Origin: Octopus vulgaris
Taxonomy: Eukaryota
Assembly: GCA_951406725.2 (NCBI GenBank)
Contig: OX597817.1
Coordinates: forward strand, 164,238,001-164,302,000
Direction of reading: 5' to 3'
Length of the DNA stretch: 64,000 bases
Position numbers and translations under genes: made by a program. Positions 36,729 to 49,660 of the stretch are shown one piece after another; the stretch's first letter is position 1, and each line of letters starts with the position of its first letter. The notes under the pieces were generated by a model that had not been told where the DNA came from, searched no databases, and worked only from the letters and a program-made list of their open reading frames with translations.

Positions 36729-39206
36729 GTAATAGTTAAATTTAATAAATTTTTCTCCCCTGTTCATTTCAGTATTTTTTTTTTGTTTCATTCATTGGAT
36801 ATACTGGGGCATTGCCTTGAAAGGTTTTTAATCAAACAAATCAACCCCAGTTCTTATGGGTTTTTTTTTTTTTTTTCAAATCTGGTACTTGTTCTGTCAG
36901 TCTCTTTTGCTACAGAGTTGTAAACAAACCAGCCCTGGTTGTCAAGCAGTGGGAGATGGTCGCATACACACAAACACACACACAATGATAGATTTCTGCA
37001 CTGTTTCTTATTTCTTTACTGCCCACAAGGGGCTACACACAGAGGGGACAAATCAGGACAGACAAACGGATTAAGTCGATTATATCGACCCCAGTGTGTA
37101 ACTGGTACTTATTTAATCGACCTCGAAAGAATGAAAGGCAAAGTTGATCTCGGCAGAATTAGAACGCAGAACGTAGCAGCAGACGAAATACCACTAAGCA
37201 TTTCGGCCGATGTGCTAACGTTTCTGCCAGCTTGCCGCCTTGTTTTCAGTGATTTCTGCACCGTTTCTTTCTACCAGATTCACTCACATGACATTGGTCA
37301 GCCCAGGACTATAGTGGAAGACTCTTGCCCAAGGTGCCATAGGACTAAACCAGAAAGCACGTGGTTGCAAAGGGAGGTTCTTAACTACACATACAGATGT
37401 TTTATATATTTTTATATAGACTTGGTTTATACAGGTGTTAAGTGTTATAGCTTTGGGACAAACATTAGAGTATTGAAGTAAATGATTTATTCTCTCTATT
37501 CCACCTTCTCACCTGTCATTAGTCCAAATATCCACTGGATCAACTTCAGTCTCATCTTTCCAGAGTCATCATCATCATCATCATCATTTAACGTCTGTTG
37601 TCCATGCTGGCATGGGTTGGACAGTTTGACTGGGCTTGTACGATGGAAGGCTATGCCAGGATCCAGTTTGATTTGGCATGGTTTTCTACAGCTGGATGCC
37701 TTTCCTAAAGCCAACCACTCCAAGAGTGTAATGGGTGCTTTTACATGTCACTGGCACAGGTGCCATTTGCATGACACTGCTATCTACCACAACTGCAATT
37801 TTGCTCAGTTTGATGGGTCTTCTTCTCAAACACAACATAATGTACCTACAAAAATACTGAAGTTGATTTTATTTTATTTTATTTTTCTTTTCTGAGTTTC
37901 AGTCATTGACCTGTGGTCATGCTGGAGTACTGCTTTCTAGGATATTGGCAATTATATCAATACCAGTATTATTTTATTGACAAGTCAATTGCATCTAGTA
38001 ACCTATCTGAAGAGTTCATGATTGGTTACACTGCAAACTACTTTTTGCATTTACCATATCTGTATTCACACTTCTCTGTCGGTCTATTAAAGACTCCACT
38101 ACATAGTTTGTGGTCCCATTTCTTTCACTAATTATTCTGTCTTTAGTTTCTAACTGCTCCCTTCTTACTTATTGAGTATGGTCACTCCTGTATAGTACAG
38201 TAATGCCTTTATATATGAGTTAATTTGTTACTAGAGATTGCTCGTAAAGTAAAAACTCGTAAAGCAGAGCAGTAATTTCCCATAGTAGCAATGAAATTTT
38301 ATGCCGTCGCTGTGCAGATACATCAGAACCAGTGTTTCCACACACAAAATGGTTGTTTAACCCTTTTATGTTTATTATAAAATAAAACTCGTAAACCTGA
38401 GGTCTCATAAAGTGGGTCCTCGTGAAGTGAGGTATTACTGCATTGTGTTGTATACCCTCTGCCGAAGGCGCATGGCTCAGTGGTTAGAGCGTCGAGCTTA
38501 CGATCGCAAGGTTGTGAGTTCAAATCCCAGACCAGGCTGCGTGTTGTGTTCTTGAGCAAGACACTTTATTTCACGTTGCTCCAGTTCACTCAGCTGTAGA
38601 AGTGAGTTGCGATGTCACAGGTGCCAAGCTGTATCGGCTGTTGCCTTTCCCTTGGGTAACACTGGTGGTGTGGAGAGGTGGGGGCGGTAAGCATGGGCAG
38701 CTGCTGGTCTTCCATAAAAACAACCTTGCTCGGACTTGTGCCTGGGAGGGTAACCTTCTAGGTGCAATCCTACAGTCAGTCATGACCGTTGGGTTGTTTC
38801 AGCTGCTACTTAATACTTGGGTCATCTAAAATCTGTTCTACGTGTTTCACAATGAAAACTGAAAGGTATCTTTCTAACCTTAAATTTCTGTATTAATATT
38901 TTGAGAACTATAATTAATACAAGGAAGCTAAAAACAGAGTTTTTGTCACACTTAACTGTACACTAAATTCTCATTGAATTTGCTGCTGATTCTTTCCTTG
39001 CTAACAGCATTCAGTTCCATCATTTGTGACTTTTCACTGTTCACACAAGTGATACATGTACATTTAGATTCGTTAAGGATCCATTAGACTACAAAGTATG
39101 GAGTTTTATCTAAAGTCATCTCCAGATAAATTACTACATTGTAGGAATTTTTTGCATGAGATAAAAACCAAGGCTGTGTAGATATTAGAACATTTATAGA
39201 TAAAAG

Positions 39207-39258
39207 GTCTTACAGCTGTTTCTAGGATATTTATTAATTATATCCCTTCATCAGAGAC
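39207..39258 (-). ncRNA. Minimal type I hammerhead ribozyme (Penelope-type)
   Basis: GUCU-CUGAUGA-A-GGGAUAU-loop-AUAUCCU-A-GAAA-CAGCUG-UA-AGAC: complete core, stem I, stem II and palindromic stem III. Confidence 0.8.
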
Positions 39259-39592
39259 GGTGTGTGAGGATGGTTAAGTCATAATTAGTTTAGATGTGAT
39301 ACAAAATAGAAAGTAGGAAGTAAAATGGTTTCTTTTGAAGAACTTCTCTTGTTGATATCTTATTTTTAGGCATAAATAATTGTTAGTCACTGGTGTTTAA
39401 ATAAAATTTAATTTAGTTTAAATGTCATTTAATTTGTGATAGCTACAAGATTCAAAGGTAACTGTTTATGTTAATTATTTGTTTCTTGATGATTGATTCA
39501 TTCTGTTTTAATTTTTCATTAATTAGTTAGTCTGTGGGAGAAGGGAAAATCATTGCACCCTAATTAATCCTTTTGTCTTTTGTCTGTTTCAG

Positions 39593-39659
39593 ATTCCAGT
39601 TTTAGACTTTGACACATTCTGTTGGTCTTACATCACAAGCTCTAGAGATATTAAGAATG
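39593..39659 (+). CDS. KLHDC10: KLHDC10 exon 7
   Basis: IPVLDFDTFCWSYITSSRDIKN(G); strong polypyrimidine acceptor, GTCAGT donor, phases 0/1. Confidence 0.88.
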
Positions 39660-39819
39660 GTCAGTATAGATTTTTGATTCACCATAAATAAATTGATATT
39701 CCTCATTAACTCATATCAATCTAATTGGAAATTAAAGATTGACATTGCTACAAATCAAATTCTTTCCCACAAAATGGTAACTTTTGAAATCTTTGTCCTA
39801 ATATCATTTTCTATTTCAG

Positions 39820-39867
39820 GTTTGCCATTAGATAGGAAATGCCATGGCTGTGTTCATTATAAACATT
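39820..39867 (+). CDS. KLHDC10: KLHDC10 exon 8 (48 nt)
   Basis: GLPLDRKCHGCVHYKH resembles human GFPAARRCHSCVQIKN; phases 1/1. Confidence 0.92.
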
Positions 39868-40099
39868 GTAAGCTACTTTTTATTATATTTCTCTTCACTT
39901 CATTAGTAAGTCAGTATTTATTGATCTAAGTTCATTATCACATGGTCAATGTATGCTACCATATACACACCTTGCTTTAACCCTTTTCATATAAGCCTAC
40001 CTGAGACTACACCTGGTTCTGTGATACTCTCTCTTTCTCTTTGGTTACACTGCTTTCACGGATTCTCATGACTTTCTGTTGCCATCCAATTCCATTATT

Positions 40100-40745
40100 C
40101 ATCATCATCATCATCATCGTTTAGCGTCCGTTTTCCATGCTAGCATGGGTTGGACGGTTCTACTGGGGTCTGTGAAGCCAGAAGGCTTCATCAGGCCCAG
40201 TCAAATCTGGCAGTGTTTCTACGGCTGGATGCCCTTCCTAACGCCAACCACTCCGTGAGTGTAGTGGGTGCTTTTTACATGCCACCCGCACTGGTGCCAG
40301 ACAGAGCTGGCAAACGGCCACGAACGGATGGTGCTTTTTATGTGCCACCGGCACGAGGGCCAGGCGAGGCTGGCAACGGACACGAAACGGGGCGGTGCTG
40401 GCAACGGTCGCGAAACGGAAAGTTCTCTTACATGCCACCGGCACTGGTAACACATCTGCAATTTCCATTGATCGATTTCCATTGATCGATTTCGATTCTG
40501 ATCCTCACTTGCCTCAACGGGTCTTCACAAGCAGAGTTTTGACATGCCACCGGCACTGGTAGCACATCCGCAATTTCCATTGATCGATTTCGATTCTGAT
40601 CCTCACTTGCCTCAACACGTCTTCACAAGTAGAGTTTTGTGTCCCAAGAAGGGAAGGTATGCATACGTAGGCCGGCTCCATCCCATGTAGAAGGCCACGG
40701 GTTATGAACTCACTTGTCCTGCCGGGTCTTCTCGCGCACAGCATG
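40100..40745 (-). mobile_element. RTE 3' UTR/tail copy (non-autonomous)
   Basis: Reverse complement of the LINE 3' end with (GAT)n; similar copies 34015-34365, 37565-37800, 41437-41870, 42390-42870, 29520-29730, 30157-30390 (-) and 15695-15952, 59785-60000 (+). Confidence 0.85.
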
Positions 40746-42098
40746 AATCAGAATTGGGAGCTTGCATCATAGTGAATCTTTTATTACCTGATTACACAAC
40801 CATGGATGTTACCCCTATGGATGTGTTGCATTTACTCTCTTGACGGAGCATGGTAATCCTGACCATTAATCTTCTAGGATTCTTCCACTCAATATGTAAG
40901 AAGCACCATTGGCTCAGTTGAGCTCTTTCACTACATCTTCACAATCTGCCATGCTGCATTCCCATGACAGCACTGCATCCTTGACAGGGTGGCTGAATGG
41001 GTGCTATACTTTGCCAAAAGCGACCCTTAACTAAGCAAGGCACAATCATCACTCCATGAGGTATTTTCAGAATATCTGCATACTCAAGACAGAAAATTCC
41101 CATTTTAAATCTTAAAGCATCTAAACCAGCCATATCTGGCCCTACCTGTTTTTTTGTTTTGGCCACATCCAGCCTCTCACATGACCTACACTGTTATTCT
41201 AAAAATAAAGTCACATCATTGAAATATCAAAGCTTAATTTAACATAAGGTGAATAAATAAACATTACATTTGACAGAGTGATCTGAATGCTAAAATGTTA
41301 AACTAATCAAGATTAAAACCTTCCATCAAAATTTCTTGTTACTTTCCAAACAGCAGCTTAATAACGACAGTTATTTTACTAAATTCTTCATTATTTTAAA
41401 AATTAACTGAAACAAAGACAGCATATTTCAACAGAAATCATCATCATCATCATCATTATCATTTAACGTCCATTTTCCATACTGGCATGGGTTGGATGGT
41501 TTGACTGAGGACTGGCAAGCCAGAAGGCTGCACCAGGCTCCAATCTGATCTGGCAAGGTTTCTACAGCTGGATGCCCTTCCTAATGCCAACCACTCTGAG
41601 AGTGTAGTGGGTGCTTTTTACATGCCACCAGCACAAGAGCCAGTCAGGTGGTACTGACATCGACCACACTCAGATGGTGCTTTTTACGTGCCACCAGCAC
41701 AGGAGCCTGTCAGGCGACACTGGCAACGACCACGCTCAAACGATGCTTTTTATGTGCCACTGGCACGGGACCAGTCAGGCAGCACTGGCAGCAACCATGC
41801 TCAAATGGTGCTTTTTACGTACCACCAACACTAGACCAGTCAGGTAGCACTGGCATCGACAGTCATGCAACACTCTAGTAAGAAAAGGATTAAACTTCTT
41901 ATCTATGCCTTTGTTTTGTTTGATTCTATTCTAAGTGCTATTATATTTCTAAAAGATTGAAATAGCAATATCACATTGATAATATAATGTAATTATTGTT
42001 CTGGTTGTATATATTTCTAAAGGAATGAAATATGTTGATATGGTAATATCATTCCATAATATAAAGTTAATATCATCTACTTGTTGATATTGTTACAG

Positions 42099-42235
42099 AT
42101 GTATATATTTGCGGAGGTACGAAAAACAAAATTATTTTCAAAGATGTTTGGAGATTCTCTTTAAAATCCCATAGATGGACATATGTTGGAGAAATGCCTA
42201 AGAATTTATACTTCCATGGATCTGCTGTATCACCT
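42099..42235 (+). CDS. KLHDC10: KLHDC10 exon 9
   Basis: YVYICGGTKNKIIFKDVWRFSLKSHRWTYVGEMPKNLYFHGSAVSP resembles human DVFICGGYNGEVILGDIW...MPEPVYFHCAAVTP; phases 1/0; not in the ORF track. Confidence 0.95.
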
Positions 42236-44282
42236 GTAAGTAGTTTTCTCATTAACCATTTTCTTTCAGTTTATAGCTTCTCATTATTTTAACCTATTAT
42301 TTACAATCCACCTCATTATCCCCTCTTTCTTTCACACTAACCCCTGACATTACTCTTCCCCTCCATCTTCCTCTGTCTCCTCTACCCCCATCATCATCAT
42401 CATCATCATTATCATCATCGTTTAACGTCTGTTTTCCATGCTGGCATGGGTTGGACGGTTTGACTGGGGGACTGGCGAGCCAGAAGGTTGCACCAGGCTC
42501 CAATCTGATATGGCAAGGTTTCTACAGCTGGATGCCCTTCATAATGCCAACCACTCCAAGAGTGTAGTGGGTGCTTTTTACGTGCCACTGGCACAGGAGC
42601 CAGTTATGCGGCACTGACATCAGTCACATTTGGATGGTGCTTTTTACATGCCAATGGCACAGGAACCAGTCGGTAGGGGGGGGGGGGTACTGACCACATT
42701 CAGATGGTGCTTTTTTATGTGCCATGGGTACAGGGAGCCAGTCAGGCAGTACTGACATCGACCGACGATTGAATGGTGCTTATTATGTACCACCAGCTTG
42801 AGTGCCAGTCAGGCGGCACTGGCATTGGCCACAACTACAATTTCCATTTTGATTTCAATTTTGATTTGAATTTTGATTTCAACATTATTCTCTTTATTAT
42901 TCTCTCCATTACTCTCCGTTTGCAGTTCCTTGCCATCAAGGGGAGCACTCTTGTTTTGCAAGCTACACTCCAGCCCCTACTCCCAACAATCCCAGTGTCA
43001 CAAAAAACACCCAGTACACTCTGAGTGTTTGGTAATTAAAATCAGACGCTAACAATACAAGGCTTGGAAAGGTTCTTTAGTCTTGCTGATGGCAAACCAA
43101 CCACTGTAGTGCTGGTACTATGAAAAATGCACCCAAAGCGTTGCCCTTCCTAACACCAACCACTGTAAAGGACGGACACCCAGCCATAGGAACTATGGCC
43201 TAAATGAGTTATTGTTGGAAGGTGTGGTCCTCCAACACATCGAATCCTGTCAAACCTATAACAGCAAGGAAAGCAGGTATAAAATGATGGTGATGATAAT
43301 GAAATTGGCGATGGCAGCAGCAATAGCTGTTATTATTGCTGCTGCTGCACTTGCAAACATCTTGGGCAGCATCCAGAAAAGGCCACCCACAAACTGTTCC
43401 GGTCTCTGGCCAATGGGCATGCTGTCTCCTCTTTCTGTTTTTTCCATAGTTACTGTAATGGCCTGTGCTCCTTGTTGTTGTTGTTGTTAAGCAACAAGAC
43501 GGGTAAGGATGATTAGGTGATGGTCTAGGGCTTAGGGGTAGGAGACCCCAGACCTTGGGGAAAAAAAAATTTGGTCATCTTGTTGTAGTCGAGGGCTCTT
43601 CATTGGCGCCCAACACCACTGGGAGGTGGCCCTCGAAGTCACTGGAAATGGAGATCTCCAGGTCCAAATTCTTGAACGGCTGTGCTCCTTGGGGGAAGCT
43701 GGGTTCATATGACTGCAACTCAGGCACACCCTTCCGATTTGTCTCCCATCCTCTCATCACCTCCATTCTGTCCCAACTTTGCTGGCTTCACACCAATTAC
43801 TACAGCCAGTCCTTTCTTCCCAGAACGTCACTCATCCCTATAGAATTCCCTTCTGGCTTACATCTTTCCTGCAGGCATTAATTTATAAAGGGTGCCTGCA
43901 TGCAAGAGATTTGTAAAGAGTGCCATTAATGGCATCAAACTCGATCTAGGAAAGCCTGCAAAAAGCTATGGACACTGCCTGCAGTCGCTGATTCCTAGTT
44001 TCCTCTATTTCTTTCTCTGTATTCCCCATGTTAAGCTGTCAGTGGTTTTTATCTTTGTGCGGTAGGCAACTGGAAGTAGCATCTTATTGAGGAGACAACT
44101 ATGTGGTTTATATCTAAATGTGGTGCATGTAAGCTAGGCAACTGATGGTGATATCTTAGAGGGAGACAACTGGTGCGTTTACGCGTGCGTGTAAGGGGAG
44201 ACAACCGTCTATTGTGTGTGTGTGTGTTTGCGCGCGCAAGCACAACCAATTATATCTTCTAGTTATAGTTTACTTGAGTTGA

Positions 44283-44668
44283 GGAGGCGCAATGGCCCAG
44301 TGGTTAGGGCAGCGGACTCGCGGTCATAGGATCGCGGTTTCGATTCCCAGACCGGGCGTTGTGAGTGTTTATTGAGCGAAAACACCTAAAGCTCCACGAG
44401 GCTCCAGCAGGGGATGGTGGTGATCCCTGCTGTACTCTTTCACCACAACTTTCTCTCACTCTTACTTCCTGTTTCTGTTGTACCTGTATTTCAAAAGGCC
44501 GGCCTTGTCACTCTCTGTGTCACGCTGAATATCCCCGAGAACTACGTTAAGGGTGCACGTGTCTGTGGAGTGCTCAGCCACTTACACGTTAATTTCACGA
44601 GCAGGCTGTTCCGTTGATTCGGATCAACCGGAACCCTCATCGTCGTAACCGACGGAGTGCTTCCACAC
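44283..44668 (+). mobile_element. Young tRNA-derived SINE with 11-bp TSD
   Basis: ggaggcgcaatggcccagtggttagg...ggtttcgattccc; TSD acttgagttga; CpGs retained. Confidence 0.88.
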
Positions 44669-45851
44669 ACTTGAGTTGAATCTGAATGAAGCTCAACTGA
44701 ACTGAAACCGGAACCATTTGGTTATCAAACCTCTATGTTCTCTTCCCATAAGATATAACCTAATGTATGTTCTCTCTCCAGTTTATAGCCTCATGTGTTT
44801 TCCAGCGAGGTGTTTATCACCATCACCACCATCATCAGTTAATGTCCTTTTTCCCATGCTAGCATGTGTTGGACGTTTCAACATGTCTGCTTCAGTATGG
44901 TTTCCACAGCTAGATGCCCTTTCTGATGCCAACCACTTCACAGAGTGTACTGGGTACTTTTATCATGGCTCCAGCATCGGTCGGGTCAACAAGTAACTTT
45001 CTAGGCAAGATCCCTCAACTGAATGGGGTACAGTATCGATGGTTATGAAAGGGTGATAGTTTATAACCTCAAAATTGTTTCTTAGAGCAATACTCGAGAT
45101 TTATTCTGATAGAGAATTAACATTTAATAATGGTCTTAAATACGTCTTTTATCTTTTACTGGTTTCGATCATTAGACTACAGCCATGCTGGGACACTGCC
45201 TTACTGAACTTTTAGTCAAATGTATCGACCCTAGTACTTATCTTTTTAAAACCTGGTACTTATTCTACCAGTCTCTTTTGCTGTACTGCTAAGGTACATA
45301 GACATAAACACAACACCGGTTGTCAGGCTGTGATGGGGGACAGCCTCAATCACAACACACACACACTTATATATAATGCAACAGGCTTCTTTCAATTTTC
45401 ATCTGTCAAATCCACTCACAAGGATTTGGTCATCCCAAGGCTATAGTAGAAGACACTTGCCCAAGGTGCCATGCTGTAGTATTGAACCGAGAACCATGTA
45501 GTTGGGAAGCAAGCTTCTTACCACAGCCATTCCTGTTCCTATATGTTATTTAATATAAAATAAGGCGGCGAGCTGGCAGAAACGTTAGCACACTGGGCGA
45601 AATGTTTAGCAGTATTGCGTCTGTTGTTGTGTTCTGAGTTCAAATTCCGACGAGGTCGACTTCGCCTTTCATCCTTTCGGGGTCGATAAATTTGGTACCA
45701 GTTACACACTGGGGTCGATGTAATCGACTTAATCCGTTTGTCTGTCCTTGTTTGTCCCCTCTATGTTTAGCCCCTTGTGGGCAATAAAGAAACATATATG
45801 TTATTTAATCATATTTTCTTTTCTTTTCTTTATTTCTCTCTTTTTATTCAG

Positions 45852-46067
45852 AATGGTTGCATGTATTTATTTGGTGGTGTTACTGAAAATGAACAAAGAG
45901 TTAACACACTATTTAGAATGCAACTGGATGTACCAAGCTTACAAGAAATGTGTTGGAGATATATTTGTCATTATAGTTCTCATTTATACTTGAAGAAAGC
46001 AAGTGAACTTCGAGAAATTGGTATTCCTTCACACCTGATCAAGAGAATGACTAATTGTCTACTATAG
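45852..46067 (+). CDS. KLHDC10: KLHDC10 exon 10 (last kelch repeat, BC-box and Cul2-box, stop)
   Basis: NGCMYLFGGVTENEQRVNTLFRMQLDVPSLQEMCWRYI...LREIGIPSHLIKRM resembles human AGCMYIHGGV...VPSLLELAW...LLHLGLTQGLIERL; total CDS 1131 nt. Confidence 0.95.
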   Translation, partial: NGCMYLFGGVTENEQRVNTLFRMQLDVPSLQEMCWRYICHYSSHLYLKKASELREIGIPSHLIKRMTNCLL

Positions 46068-46369
46068 ATTTATAAATTTATGATATTAATTGTTACTATT
46101 TATTTACTATTAATTATTTGTGAAGAATCTGTTCACAAATTATTAAAACAATTTCCAAAAAGTTTGTTAGTCATTTTATTCTTGTCTTTTGGTTTTATTT
46201 ATCATTTACTTGTTTCGTTCATTAGGATGTGGCCATGTTGAGGCACTGCCTTGAAGGCTTAAGTTGACCAAATCAAGTTCTGTACTTATCCTATCAGTCT
46301 CTTTGGCCCAAACCACTAAGTTACAAGGATGTAAACAAACCAACACTGATTGTTGAGCTGTGGATAGGT

Positions 46370-46658
46370 TCCTTCTCAAGCCATATCTGGCTCATAAGGG
46401 TCGGTTTCCTTGGTGTATAGGTTCCCCACCTGGACGGGACGCTGGTCTGTCACAGGTGAGCTGCAAGATGCAGGAGGACAGAATGAGAGAAAGTTGTGGC
46501 GAAAGAGTCAGCAGAAGTTCGCCATTACCTTCTGCCGGAGCCGCGTGGAGCTTAGGTGTTTCGCTCATAAACACATACATCGCCCGATCTGAGATTCAAA
46601 CCCGCGATCCCTCGACCTCAGGTCCGCTGCTCTAACCACTAGGCCATGTGCCTCCACA
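46370..46658 (-). mobile_element. tRNA-derived SINE nested in a family D SINE
   Basis: TSD gtggataggt; head ggaggcacatggcctagtggttagagc. Confidence 0.8.
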
Positions 46659-48024
46659 GTGGATAGGTGGCAGGAGACCTACAGAAAGACACATGTGCAC
46701 ACATACACACACATGTATGATAGGCTTTTTCACTCAATTTCCATCAACCAAATCCATTCACAAGGCATTGGTTGGTATCAGCCCAGGGCTGTAATAGAAG
46801 ACACTTGCTCAAGGTGCCACACAGTGGGACTGAATCTGAAACCATGTGGTTGCAAAAAAATTAATATTCTATTTCACCTCTGAATTTCATTTTCCTCTTA
46901 TGTGATTCATCATAGAAGGCAAGCTAGCAAAATGAGCTGAGTATTGCTAAACTAGAGTGCTAGTCCAAGAGAGTAGAATGGTGGAATTGTTAGTGTTAAA
47001 GGTGATTCCTTGCTGTTGATGTTAGCCCCTTGATTTGAAAAGAAGAAAATCATAGATTCTTTGAATTCAAAAGGTTTATTGAATCTATTTATATGGAGAA
47101 TATAATTAAGAATATAAAAAGTATAAAACAAATGCAATAAAATAAATTAATATCCTCATTATGAAAGAAAAGGATTTTTCTAGAAACTTTTCCACTTCAG
47201 GTTTTGGAGAAATGAATGTTTCATTTTTGTTACAGTTACATCAAAATTGGGGCATTTTGATGCCAGAGAAATTTGGATACAGTCTTTTGGGATCCAATCA
47301 ATTACTTGGCTTTGTTTTTATGTTCATTAGAGTGGAAAATCCTTGTTCGCAAAGGTAGGTTGTTGCAAAAGGCAGCAACTTTTTGACTGCCTCCTCATGC
47401 CAGGAGAAAAATTTCTATCATAACAAGGAACACATTTTTTAATATAATTTCACTTAAGTCTAATGAGTCTTCATTTTTACACCCACTTGGGGTAATTTAC
47501 CCCTGGTCCAAAGAATCTCTCAACTCAAGAGTTGCAGTTCATACTGTAGCTGGCAGTTCACTCTCTTCAAGATATTTGCCAATGAGGGACTATTTTTTAA
47601 AATAAAAATCAGTGCTAGGTTGTCATGTTGGCTTTTTTGGTACTTATTGTTCCTCATATAGTATGTCTTCTATCAAGCTTTTCTGGAGATTATACTAAAG
47701 GTGCTGAGAACTGGATGGTAAACATGCACAGAAAATCATAGCAAAGAGGGGCTCTTCATCTAGCTTGGACAATGTGAAACAAAAGGACAAACAACTTGTG
47801 TGTGTGTATGTGTTCATAGATGAACAAGAGGAAGAAAAAGGAGAAAAGTACTCGGTGCATGTAATAGAGTTTATTCATTAATTCTGGAGTAAAACTTTAC
47901 CATTTCAGTTACCTTGAAGTATATATAAGAAATAGTGGATGAGGGCGAACTTACTGTAGAGATGGATATTTAGTTGCTATTTCTAGCAGGTCAAGCAACC
48001 ACATAAATGGTACTTTATTGTTGA

Positions 48025-48992
48025 TTACAATATCTCTTATTATAAAAGGCAGATTTTATCTGCCTCCTTTTGTAACTTATAGAAATCTACAATATAGGAT
48101 TTCTTCAATTACAATTTACCTAGCATTTTTAAGAGTAGAATGCATCGGGTCATGCCAGGTCCAGTTTTTAAAATTTAAACTCCAATTAAGCAAAATTTAC
48201 AGAAAACTCACATTCTGGTGTGTATGTCAAATGCTTTTCTTAATGTGGTTTACACCACATGCACACACACAGTGTGCAACGAATAAAATGAAAGTAAATA
48301 GCGACAGAGTGATTTGAGGAAGACTAAACTGAAAGTATTTAAACCACTACTCAAAAAATAAAAAAACACAGCAAACAGAAACAAATAAATACATAACGAT
48401 TTACTCCTCACACAATTTCTTCAATTAGAGTGTACCCATGATTTTTCAGAGTACTTCAGTGGGTGATGCCATAAAAAATTTCTTTCAATTTTACCACCAA
48501 TTAAGACAAAATTTGAGAAAACTCAATATTTTAACATTTCACTCCGAAAGCATTGATGTACATGTGTGCGTGCGTGAGTGTGTGTGTGTCATTCCTCACA
48601 TACATATACAACTACATACAAACATTTGTTTCTGTTTGCTGTGTTTTTTTTATTTTTTGAGTAGTGGTTTAAATACTTTCAGTTTAGTCTTCCTCAAATC
48701 ACTCTGTCGCTATTTACTTTCATTTTATTCGTTGCACACTGTGTGTGTGCGTTTGCGTGTGCTGTAAACCAGACTAAGAAAAGCATTTGACATACACACC
48801 AGAATGTGAGTTTTCTGTAAATTTTGCTTAATTGGAGTTTAAATTTTAAAAACTGGACCTGGCATGACCCGATGCATTCTACTCTTAAAAATGCTAGGTA
48901 AATTGTAATTGAAGAAATCCTATATTGTAGATTTCTATAAGTTACAAAGGGAGGCAGATAAAATCTGCCTTTTATAATAAGAGATAATGTAA
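48025..48992. repeat. Long inverted repeat (arms of about 360 bp) of a Helitron-like sequence
   Basis: 48025-48385 is near-identical to the reverse complement of 48624-48992; the ORF track shows the same peptide on both strands. Confidence 0.9.
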
Positions 48993-49022
48993 GTAGTATT
49001 TCACGCCGCAAACAGTATTTAA

Positions 49023-49660
49023 CCCTTTTGTTTCCATATTTGTATTGAAATATACCGCTTTGTTTCAGTTAATTTCAAAAATAATGAAGAACTAGCACTA
49101 TGACTCAGCGTTGCCGTGTCTAGTGCTAGTCAAGCATATTTGTTCTTTCATGAAAATCCCGCTCTCTTGTCATTCACTTGGTCTAACTCGTTAATTATTC
49201 CCTGGATTTCTCAAATCAAAAAAGCGTGCACCTTTGAAAGCCAAAACACATGATAACGTGTCTTTGCAAAACACAAAAATGCACTGAGTCATACAGACTG
49301 TCTGCAAATATGCACGCGCATTCAACTGTTGGGCATAAGGGGTCGGTTTATTGATTTTTTAATGGCTTTCTGGGGTGACTGGGGAAATGAAAAAAACTTC
49401 ATGACCACCCTCAGACAGTTTTGAAAGCCCATAGAAAATGCAAGCCTTTTACGTGAAAAACTGTGGATTTGTATAAAGGACACAGATACACGGACATTTT
49501 GCCGTTTATAGATATAAAGATTTAGTAAAATAAAAATTGGCATAAATCTGGTGTTTGGAATATGAATTACCATGAAATTTTGGTTCAAGGTTTTAATTTA
49601 GATCTCTTTAAAACAAAATCTGTATCATAGAGTTAGTGGTGGCAGGTTGATGCCAAAAGG
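49023..49660. mobile_element. piggyBac-like MITE carrying a nested Helitron
   Basis: TTAA flanks, ccctttt/aaaagg ends; similar to 9446-9664. Confidence 0.75.
49092..49520 (-). mobile_element. Non-autonomous Helitron
   Basis: 5'-TC...CTAG-3' inserted between A and T with no TSD; terminal hairpin; removal restores aagaatttagtaaaa as in the empty paralog near 9510. Confidence 0.88.
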
